Of a stretch of DNA of 64,000 nucleotides, positions 56,660 to 64,000 are shown one piece after another. A model generated the notes under the pieces. It was given only the letters and a program-made list of their open reading frames with translations, searched no databases and was not told the origin of the DNA. Source of the DNA: Candidatus Magasanikiibacteriota bacterium (GTDB lineage: Bacteria; Patescibacteriota; Patescibacteriia; Magasanikbacterales; GWA2-37-8); contig JBAYIZ010000001.1 in assembly GCA_041665405.1 (NCBI GenBank), forward strand, positions 90,618 to 154,617, read 5' to 3'. Within the stretch, counting starts at the first letter, position 1, and every line of letters begins with the position of its first letter. The position numbers and the translations under genes were made by a program.

Positions 56660-58108
56660 ATGTTTAAAAGAAATAATCAAGACAATCCGCCAAATTTATT
56701 ATTTCCGCGTCTATCTCCCTGGGAGCAAGAATTTACCATGGGTGCTGCGGCGATTTTATTATTTTGGTCGCTGTTGTTGCTTTTGCCATTGCAGATGTTT
56801 TTGAGTTTTGGTGTGGCCATACTGGCGATATTTTTGGTGATTGCCTTTATTTTTAAACTAGAATTACTTTTTTATATTCTTACCACCGTCTCTTTTTTCA
56901 CCGGTTGGGAGATTTCTTTTTCGAAATATGAATGGGCGAGAAATGTGGTTTATCTTTCTTCGGTGAATGCGCCGCTAGGGGATTTTATCGGGGTAATGTT
57001 GCTCGGTTTGTCTCTGTTGGCGATTATTTTTGGGCGTTTACATCCGGTTTGGAAAGATAAAAAGATTTTAATTAAACTATCTGGTTTGTATTTATTATTC
57101 TTGTTGTGGTCGTTAGTCTGCGCTTTATTTGCGTATGATCACAATTGGTCTGCCAGCATGAAATACTTGGCACGTAACATGACTTTTGTGTATGTGGTGT
57201 TTGTGGTAATGCCGGTGATTTTGATAGACAAATTAGAAACGGTAAAAAACATTTTGAAAATTTGGTTTGGAGTGGGACTATTAGCGGCACTGTTCGGTCT
57301 GTCTTCCTTGTATTTTTTCGCTCAGACTGGTTGGCCACGGGTGACACCGTACGGCATCGCTGGTTTTGCTCCGCTAGGTTATAACCATAATTTGATTGCT
57401 GAAGTTTTGGTAGTGGTACTACCAGCGGGATTGTATTTATTTTTGAAAGCCAAAACTGATAAATTGAAACAAAGATATTTTTGGGGGATGATTTTGACTT
57501 TACTCGCGGCACTTCTAACATTGTCTCGTGCGGCATGGGTTACTATTTTTGCTCAGTTGGCAGTATTGGGTGTTGTTTATTTTGAAGAGATAAAATTAAG
57601 ATTTAAGAAAATTTCTAATTTTAATTTTTTGATATCGCTGTTGGTGGCGGCGGTGTTTGCATATATGGTGTTCTTTTTGACCACTCCGATTGTCCAAAGT
57701 TCTACCAGCTCACGTTTTGCGATGACGGAAATTTCATTTTTCTATGCCAATCGTTCACCAGTGTTTGGTTATGGACCAGGGATGTTTGTCCAGTTGCTTA
57801 GTTCAGTCCAAGATTGGACACAGGAATATGGTTCAGCATTAGATTCTCATGGGATTGTACAAAAAATAATTGTCGAAGATGGTTATGTTGGTTTGATTTT
57901 AATCTTGATATTTTTGACATATTTGTTTAAAACATTGTGGACGGCGTATAAGGTGAGTGATGACAAGGAATTGTATATGATATTGTTTATGTCGGTAGTT
58001 GGAGCGGTGATTTTCCAATTTTTTAATACTTCTTATTTTACCAGTGTGATGTGGCTACCGATTGGATTGGCTTTGAGCGCGGCTACTTTTTTGAAAAAAG
58101 ATTTGTAA
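56660..58108 (+). CDS. O-antigen ligase / polymerase-like (Wzy/WaaL family) polytopic membrane protein
   Basis: 482 aa, ~10-12 TM helices, and a Wzy_C-type motif (LLTLSRAAWVTIFAQLAVLGV). Confidence 0.6.
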   Translation: MFKRNNQDNPPNLLFPRLSPWEQEFTMGAAAILLFWSLLLLLPLQMFLSFGVAILAIFLVIAFIFKLELLFYILTTVSFFTGWEISFSKYEWARNVVYLSSVNAPLGDFIGVMLLGLSLLAIIFGRLHPVWKDKKILIKLSGLYLLFLLWSLVCALFAYDHNWSASMKYLARNMTFVYVVFVVMPVILIDKLETVKNILKIWFGVGLLAALFGLSSLYFFAQTGWPRVTPYGIAGFAPLGYNHNLIAEVLVVVLPAGLYLFLKAKTDKLKQRYFWGMILTLLAALLTLSRAAWVTIFAQLAVLGVVYFEEIKLRFKKISNFNFLISLLVAAVFAYMVFFLTTPIVQSSTSSRFAMTEISFFYANRSPVFGYGPGMFVQLLSSVQDWTQEYGSALDSHGIVQKIIVEDGYVGLILILIFLTYLFKTLWTAYKVSDDKELYMILFMSVVGAVIFQFFNTSYFTSVMWLPIGLALSAATFLKKDL

Positions 58109-58111
58109 TTT

Positions 58112-59179
58112 ATGAAACACATTGTACAGATCATTCCGGCACTAGGATATGGGGGAGCCGAACGAATGGTAGTGGATTTGATAAACAATAGTGATAGTGC
58201 AAAATATCGTTTTTCGGTAATTGTTTTTTTTGATAATACACCACTGAAAGCTCTGGTTGAAAAAAAGGCAGAAGTGATTTTGATAGAAAAAAAATCCAAA
58301 TTTGATCTGGGTTTTTTAAAACGTTTAGAAAAAAAATTGATCGAATTGAAACCAGACGTTGTACACGGACATTTATTTGCTGGTGATTTTTGGGGACGAT
58401 TGGCGGCTCACAAAGTGGGTGTGCCATTTTTGAGTACTGAACATAATCTCAACTATGAGGATGGGCGGTTGAAAAATTTTATTAAAAAATATTTGTCCAA
58501 AGACCACGATTATTATGTAGCCTGTTCCGAAGCTGTCTCGAAATATATGCGTGTGGTTTATGATAACCGGAATAAAATCACGGTAATTTATAATGGCATT
58601 GATTTGAATCGGTTTGCCAATATACCGCCTTCTACATGGCAAGAACCGTTGCAATTTTTGATGATGGGACGTTTAGTGGAACAGAAGGGTCATTTTTTTG
58701 CTTTGGCCGCACTGAACAAATTGAAAAATCTTTCTTGGCACTTGACTATAGTGGGAGCGGGGATTGAAAAAAATAGTTTGATGGAATTCGTTAAAATAAA
58801 TAATTTTGCCGACAGGGTCACATTTGTAGAGCCAGTGGCACAAGTAGAAAAATATTATAGCCAAGCCGATGTTTTGCTGATACCGTCTATTTGGGAAGGA
58901 TTGGGAGTGGTGGCGATGGAAGCTATGGCCAGTGGACGATTGGTATTGGCTTCTAGTGTAGATGGTTTGAAAGAAATAATAGAGGGCAAAGAAACTGGTA
59001 TATTGGTCGAACCAAAAAATATTTCAGATTGGGTAGAAAAAATTAAATATATTTTTGAACATCAGGATGAAAGTAAACAGTTGGCAAAAAACGCACAAAA
59101 ATACGCCAAAGATAATTTTAGCGTAGAGTTGATGGTAAAAAAATACGATGAAGTCTATTCTTTGGTAGCTAATAAATAA
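58112..59179 (+). CDS. Family 1 (GT4) glycosyltransferase
   Basis: GT-B fold. EGLGVVAMEAMASGRLVLAS (E-x7-E motif). Confidence 0.85.
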   Translation: MKHIVQIIPALGYGGAERMVVDLINNSDSAKYRFSVIVFFDNTPLKALVEKKAEVILIEKKSKFDLGFLKRLEKKLIELKPDVVHGHLFAGDFWGRLAAHKVGVPFLSTEHNLNYEDGRLKNFIKKYLSKDHDYYVACSEAVSKYMRVVYDNRNKITVIYNGIDLNRFANIPPSTWQEPLQFLMMGRLVEQKGHFFALAALNKLKNLSWHLTIVGAGIEKNSLMEFVKINNFADRVTFVEPVAQVEKYYSQADVLLIPSIWEGLGVVAMEAMASGRLVLASSVDGLKEIIEGKETGILVEPKNISDWVEKIKYIFEHQDESKQLAKNAQKYAKDNFSVELMVKKYDEVYSLVANK

Positions 59180-60066
59180 CAATCCAAAATTTCCATTTGT
59201 TTTTCTTTTTTTCTAAATTGTTTGTTGAGATGGGGAGTAAGGTTGTCAATATAATCGTCTTGCAGAACAGTGATAGGTACAATTTTGATTTTGCCAAAAC
59301 CAGCTTTATTAAATTCTGTTACATAATCATTTGGCCTCCAACGGTTTGGTGAACCAAGAAACTTGGTCAGTTGATAAAAAATATTTGAGTAGCGATAGAT
59401 ATTTTGTGGGTCCACATCTTTTATCCACCTAGAGTGGGTCATCATGTCGATTTGTATCACTACTTTGGTACCAGATTTACTGATTTGTCCGATTTCTTTG
59501 ATTACTTGTGCTGGGTCGACAAAATGTTCAAAGGCGGCTTGACTGACAATCAGGTCTATTTTTTTATCCAAAAAATGTTGCAAAGAAAATTTTTTGTCTG
59601 CTATGTATTGAATTTTTCCAGTTTGGTTGTTTTTAAATAATCCGATTTCTTTTTCCAGGTAGTTTTTTTGTTTTTCATCTGTGGCGATAGTATTAATAAA
59701 TTTATCATAAAGTTCACTCGAGGCTTGGTCAATCAATTTAAATTTATCTAAGGCAAAATATCGGTTAGCACCACGCGCTAAAAAATTCAAACCCACGCCC
59801 AAATCAGCACCTGGACCAAGCTCTAGGATATTTAGATTGGTGATGTCGTTGTTTTGGCAATATTTTTTTAGTTGTTCGAGCCAATCGTTGACCACTTTGA
59901 TATCATAATCTATCACTTTTTCCAAATCCAAAGTGGAAAATGTACGTGGTGTTAGGTAGCCTTTTACTTCGTGGCGAATTTTATTTAAAACTAAAATTCC
60001 TGTTCCAGCGCAATGATAATAGCAATGAGTTAGCCAATTTTTTTTAGAAATTTTTGTGTAGTCCAT
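59155..60066 (-). CDS. Class I SAM-dependent methyltransferase
   Basis: Motif I ILELGPGADLG, acidic post-I residue (ALDKF). 303 aa. Confidence 0.75.
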   Translation of the reverse strand: MDYTKISKKNWLTHCYYHCAGTGILVLNKIRHEVKGYLTPRTFSTLDLEKVIDYDIKVVNDWLEQLKKYCQNNDITNLNILELGPGADLGVGLNFLARGANRYFALDKFKLIDQASSELYDKFINTIATDEKQKNYLEKEIGLFKNNQTGKIQYIADKKFSLQHFLDKKIDLIVSQAAFEHFVDPAQVIKEIGQISKSGTKVVIQIDMMTHSRWIKDVDPQNIYRYSNIFYQLTKFLGSPNRWRPNDYVTEFNKAGFGKIKIVPITVLQDDYIDNLTPHLNKQFRKKEKQMEILDCYLLATKE

Positions 60067-60136
60067 ATTTATAAATAATAAGTTGATTATACCACAGATT
60101 TAAGGTAAAATATATACATCATATATAACTGTTTTT

Positions 60137-61129
60137 ATGTCTGTAAAAATGCCGGTGGATTGTGTGGTGGCTCTGACCTATCGTTGCAATTCACGTTGTA
60201 CCATGTGTGATATATGGAAGATAAAAGATTCTCCCGAATTGATGTTGTCCGATTTGGAAAAATTGCCGGATAGTTTGCGAGATGTAAACTTGTCTGGTGG
60301 TGAACCATTTTTGCGCACAGATTTACCAGAGATTGTGGCGACGATAAAAAAGACCTGTCCCAAGGCTCGCATTGTGATTTCTTCCAACGGTTTTCTTACT
60401 TCGACTATAGACAAGATAATGACCAAGATTTTGAAAATCGCTCCTGATGTTGGGGTAGCGTTTTCTATTGATGGTATTGGCGAGATGCACAATGAGATGC
60501 GTGGCATCCCAGGTGGGTTTGATCGTGTGATGGATACCATCAAACTGCTCAAAGGTATGGGCGTGACCAATCTGCGCTTGGCGTTTACCATTACCGAACA
60601 AAATGTAAATCATTTTACAAAAGTTTACGATTTGGCGCAGGAACTTGGTGTTCAGTTCACTCATAGTTTTGCTCAGAGTAGTGAATTTTATTTTGGTGGA
60701 AAACAAAATGTGAATAGTCCGCGACGCGATTTACTTGAGACAGCTTATCAATATATTATCAACCAAGAATTAAAAAGTTGGAATATCAAACGCTGGGCAC
60801 GCGCCTATTTTGCCAACGGGATGTTTCAATTTATTACCAGCAAAAATCCGGTTTTAGACAATGCACCAGGGCGCGAGTTTTTCTTTTTAGATCCTAGTGG
60901 TGATATTTATCCATCTGTCGTACACAATGTGATCTTGGGTAATATCCATACAATTAGTAATTTTACGGATTTTTGGAAAAGTTTATCAGTAGAGGAACAA
61001 AGAAAAAAAGTAGACGAACTGAAAGTGCCCGTCTGGATGATTTGTACCGCGCGTACGGCTATCATGCATCATCCGTTGGCGGTTGGATTTTGGATTTTAA
61101 AAAATAAGTTTTTTGGTTATAAAGTTTAA
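60137..61129 (+). CDS. Radical SAM domain protein
   Basis: CNSRCTMCDIW (CxxxCxxC), NLSGGEPFL (SAM-binding GGEP). Confidence 0.8.
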   Translation: MSVKMPVDCVVALTYRCNSRCTMCDIWKIKDSPELMLSDLEKLPDSLRDVNLSGGEPFLRTDLPEIVATIKKTCPKARIVISSNGFLTSTIDKIMTKILKIAPDVGVAFSIDGIGEMHNEMRGIPGGFDRVMDTIKLLKGMGVTNLRLAFTITEQNVNHFTKVYDLAQELGVQFTHSFAQSSEFYFGGKQNVNSPRRDLLETAYQYIINQELKSWNIKRWARAYFANGMFQFITSKNPVLDNAPGREFFFLDPSGDIYPSVVHNVILGNIHTISNFTDFWKSLSVEEQRKKVDELKVPVWMICTARTAIMHHPLAVGFWILKNKFFGYKV

Positions 61130-61134
61130 CTGTT

Positions 61135-62331
61135 ATGAAAATATTACTTGTAAACAAATTCTGGTATCCACGAGGTGGAACAGAGAAGATGGCGTTGTTG
61201 ACAAAGGAGCTTTTGGAAAAGGCCGGCCATCAAGTTGAAGTGTTTGGGATGAATCACCCAGAAAATTTATTTTTTAATAAATATTTCACCGATTTTGTTG
61301 ATTATAAAAATTTGGGTTTTTTTTCAAAAATAAAGTTTGGCGCACGCGTGATTTATAATGCTCAGGCGAAGCGCAATCTGTCCAAATTATTGTCCGATTG
61401 GAAACCAGACGTAGTTCATTTTCACAATGTCTATCACCAGCTTTCATGTTCGGTGGTTGAGGCCGTGGCGGAGAAAAAAATAAAATCGGTAATGACCCTA
61501 CATGATTATAAATTCATCAGCCCAAATTACAGTTTGTATCATCATGGTAAAATTTTTCAAGAGGGTGTGGGTGGAAAATATTACCGCTGTCTTTTGAATA
61601 ATTGTATGGAAAACATTTCAGATAGTTTGCTGGCTACGCTCGAGGCCTATTTTGTGGATGGCAAAGGATACAAAGAGATGATTGGTAAATATCTCAGTCC
61701 AAGTAATTTTTTACGTGATAAATTTATCAAGGCGGGTTTTAAGGCCGAATCGATTTTACATCTACCCAATGCACTCGCGGATAGCGAATTTAATTTTTCA
61801 AAAGGGGATAATGGTTATGTGGCGTACGTGGGGCGTCTGTCTAGTGAAAAAGGCGCGCGCTTTTTGTTATCTGCCGCTCAACAGTTGCCTAAAATTAATT
61901 TTAAAATAGTAGGTGACGGTCCAGAGAGAAAAGAATTAGAAAAAATCAAAACAGATAAAAAATTGACCAACGTCGAATTTGTCGGACAAAAAAATGGTAT
62001 AGAATTTGAAAAATTAATAGCAGGTGCACGATTATTGGTAGCACCATCGGTCTGGTATGAAAATGCGCCACTAAGTATTTTGGAAGCCAAAGCGCATGGT
62101 AAAATCGTAATCGCCAGTGATATTGGGGGAATTGCTGAAATGTTACCAAAAGAATTATTGGTCAATCCAGCCGACGAAAATGCGCTAGCAAAAAAAATAA
62201 AAGAGTGGTTTGATAAAAATGAAGATGAGCGCCAAGCGATGGGCGATAAATTATTTGCTCAGGCGCAATCAGAAAACAGTTCAGAAGTTTATCTAAAAAA
62301 TTTATTAAAAGTTTATTCTGCGAATGAATAA
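61135..62331 (+). CDS. Family 1 (GT4) glycosyltransferase
   Basis: GT-B fold. ENAPLSILEAKAHGKIVIAS motif. Confidence 0.85.
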   Translation: MKILLVNKFWYPRGGTEKMALLTKELLEKAGHQVEVFGMNHPENLFFNKYFTDFVDYKNLGFFSKIKFGARVIYNAQAKRNLSKLLSDWKPDVVHFHNVYHQLSCSVVEAVAEKKIKSVMTLHDYKFISPNYSLYHHGKIFQEGVGGKYYRCLLNNCMENISDSLLATLEAYFVDGKGYKEMIGKYLSPSNFLRDKFIKAGFKAESILHLPNALADSEFNFSKGDNGYVAYVGRLSSEKGARFLLSAAQQLPKINFKIVGDGPERKELEKIKTDKKLTNVEFVGQKNGIEFEKLIAGARLLVAPSVWYENAPLSILEAKAHGKIVIASDIGGIAEMLPKELLVNPADENALAKKIKEWFDKNEDERQAMGDKLFAQAQSENSSEVYLKNLLKVYSANE

Positions 62332-64000
62332 AAATTTTTACAGGACAATCGTCGCCATTTTCTTTGGGCTATTCGTGTCCGTGTTTTGTTATTTCAATTT
62401 TTTTGCCAAGTCAGCACCTATTTTAGCCAATTACTATTTACGTTGGGATATACCTTCCAGTGAATTGGAAAATTTGGCCAAATGGGATCTGATAATTATC
62501 GACATGGAAAACCAGGTTTCCAATCCGGATAAAATAAGAAGAATTAGACAGCTGAATCCGAATATAAAAATTTTGGCTTATGTCACTTCTCAAGAAATAA
62601 AGAGTGGTACCATGGGAACGATGCGCACCAAATTAAAAAATGGTATTAGTGATAGTTGGTATTTGCGTCGCAGTAATGGTGATAAAATGTCATATTGGCC
62701 AGGCACGACCATGTTGAATCCTACCAATCTCTGTCCGCTTAGCGGTGGTCAGAGATGGAATGATTATCTAGCCAGTTTTATGACCAACGAAGTTTTGTCC
62801 ACCGGTCTGTGGGACGGAATTTTTTATGATAATGCTTGGGGTGATCTCACTTGGTTTTCTGGCAGTGATGTGGATTTGAATTTTGATGGACAACCAGATA
62901 GTGATATCAATAAAAATTGGAATACTGGCATGACGAGAATTTTTAATCTCACTCGCGATTTGTCCGGTGCCAAATATGTGATCGTAGGCAATGCTATGAC
63001 TCGTGAATATGCCAACGATCTCAATGGTATGATGTATGAAAATTTTCAGAATCATGTTTGGCGTGATGTGATGTATGCCATTCGCACGGAGATGAACGGC
63101 AATTTGAAACCCCGCATTATCATTATTAATGGTAATACCAACAACACCGGCAACAAACAAGATTACCAAACTATGCGCTATGGATTGGGGAGTGCGTTGG
63201 TTGGTGGTGCCTATTATTCTTTTGATTATGGTGACCAAAATCACGAACAAACTTGGTGGTATGATGAATATGATGTGGAGTTGGGTAATCCAACAGGTGA
63301 AGCGCGTACTAACAGCGGTGGCACTCAAGTTAAAGAAGATGTCTGGCGCCGAGATTTTGAAAATGGAATTGCACTGGTAAATTCTACTGGTAATACTCAA
63401 ACGGTGAATTTGGGAGAAGATTATGAAAAAATAATTGGCAAACAGGATCCGTCCACCAATGATGGTTCGATAGTCGATAAGGTATCGCTCAATGCACGTG
63501 ATGGTTTGGTGTTGAGAAAAGTAACTCAAAATTTATTTGATGTTCCTTTCAAAAATGGTAACTTAGTAACATTTTATAATATTAGAGGACAGAGAGCACG
63601 AAACGGTTTCTTTGCATTCGTTTCGGATGTCGCTGGTGGCGCGCGCGTGTTTGTAGGAGATTTGAACGGTGACGGTAATAATGAAAAAATAGTTGGAAAT
63701 AGTGGCCGAGTACAAATTTTTAATTCTACCAATCAAAATTGGTTTGATAGTTATCCATTTGGCGGAAGTAATACTAGAGAAATACGTTTTAGTGTTGGTG
63801 AAAGTGCCAACGGTGAAATAAAAATTTTGGTTACACCGACAGTCGGCAATCGTGGTGAATTGTACAATTATCACGGTGGCATGATTAAAGAAGATTTTTA
63901 TCCGTTTGGTACAAAATATAATGCTGGTTTTTATGGGGCATTGGGAAATTTTAGTGGTGGTTTTGATTTGGAAGCGGTGATTGGCTCTGGCGGTGGTAGA
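62324..64000 (+). CDS. Putative glycoside-hydrolase-like (GH114/GHL-type TIM-barrel) protein with C-terminal FG-GAP-like beta-propeller repeats. 3'-truncated by the window edge and absent from the ORF track because no stop is reached.
   Basis: ATG at 62324 overlapping the previous stop. Open frame to nt 64000 (>555 aa). N-terminal TM. DGIFYDNAWGD, and VGDLNGDGNNE / GSGGG-type FG-GAP signatures. The GH assignment is tentative. Confidence 0.7.
   Translation, partial: MNKNFYRTIVAIFFGLFVSVFCYFNFFAKSAPILANYYLRWDIPSSELENLAKWDLIIIDMENQVSNPDKIRRIRQLNPNIKILAYVTSQEIKSGTMGTMRTKLKNGISDSWYLRRSNGDKMSYWPGTTMLNPTNLCPLSGGQRWNDYLASFMTNEVLSTGLWDGIFYDNAWGDLTWFSGSDVDLNFDGQPDSDINKNWNTGMTRIFNLTRDLSGAKYVIVGNAMTREYANDLNGMMYENFQNHVWRDVMYAIRTEMNGNLKPRIIIINGNTNNTGNKQDYQTMRYGLGSALVGGAYYSFDYGDQNHEQTWWYDEYDVELGNPTGEARTNSGGTQVKEDVWRRDFENGIALVNSTGNTQTVNLGEDYEKIIGKQDPSTNDGSIVDKVSLNARDGLVLRKVTQNLFDVPFKNGNLVTFYNIRGQRARNGFFAFVSDVAGGARVFVGDLNGDGNNEKIVGNSGRVQIFNSTNQNWFDSYPFGGSNTREIRFSVGESANGEIKILVTPTVGNRGELYNYHGGMIKEDFYPFGTKYNAGFYGALGNFSGGFDLEAVIGSGGGR

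Noticed and set aside
62768-63529. 253-aa and 103-aa minus-strand ORFs (62768-63529 and 63563-63874)
   Set aside because: They are antisense to a long uninterrupted plus-strand ORF (62324 to the window end) with clear domain content. Their products are Ile/Thr-rich, low-complexity and frame-shadow-like.

Overview
This window is a low-GC (roughly 35-38% by eye) bacterial chromosome segment whose gene content looks like a reduced-genome Patescibacteria/CPR-type organism using the standard genetic code. Core genes present are: copper chaperone and CopA P-type ATPase, secA, secD-secF, dnaX, folD, cysS, ligA, ppsA, a HelD/UvrD-like helicase, the infC-rpmI-rplT operon, smpB with an adjacent tmRNA, tRNA-Gln and tRNA-Asp, type IV pilus genes (pilM, pilin, prepilin peptidase) with a stand-alone response regulator, a Wzz-like chain-length protein, and a glycan-biosynthesis cluster (O-antigen ligase/polymerase-like, two GT4 glycosyltransferases, methyltransferase, radical SAM, GH-like protein) that runs to the window end.

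Observations worth a second look:
1. Four compositionally foreign high-GC cassettes (about 11.48-11.96 kb, 25.40-26.64 kb, 38.83-40.80 kb and 52.40-56.55 kb) sit in host-like AT-rich DNA. Each foreign ORF has a host-style sigma70 promoter (TTGACA-17-TG.TA.ACT) and a hairpin terminator. The cassettes encode two paralogous cysteine-rich tandem-repeat lipoproteins (CDDGNACTxDxC repeats), an OmpA-like beta-barrel protein ending in a C-terminal Phe signature, a zinc-ribbon membrane protein, a small membrane protein, and two unknown proteins. One cassette lies at a tRNA-Asp locus that carries a duplicated tRNA 3' end plus downstream terminator, and a degenerate tRNA 5'-half copy.
2. A T4SS coupling-protein-like ATPase (TraD/VirD4 family) has a paralog that keeps only the N-terminal domain. 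Each paralog is followed by a copy of a ~62-nt GC-rich structured element with a compensatory change in a GNRA hairpin.
3. SecD carries parvulin-type PPIase domain(s) inserted into its periplasmic head.
4. A candidate corrinoid-scavenging locus: a riboswitch-like leader, a DUF4430 gene, a surface protein with a prenyltransferase-like alpha/alpha-toroid (transcobalamin-like fold), and an ECF S-component-like membrane protein. A B12-binding radical SAM gene lies nearby.
5. A small family of GNRA-capped hairpins (core CCCGTGAAAACGGG) occurs inside secA and rpmI coding sequence and in two leaders.
6. A giant 1679-aa protein operon with two small upstream ORFs.

I could not recognise any CRISPR array, transposase or integrase.
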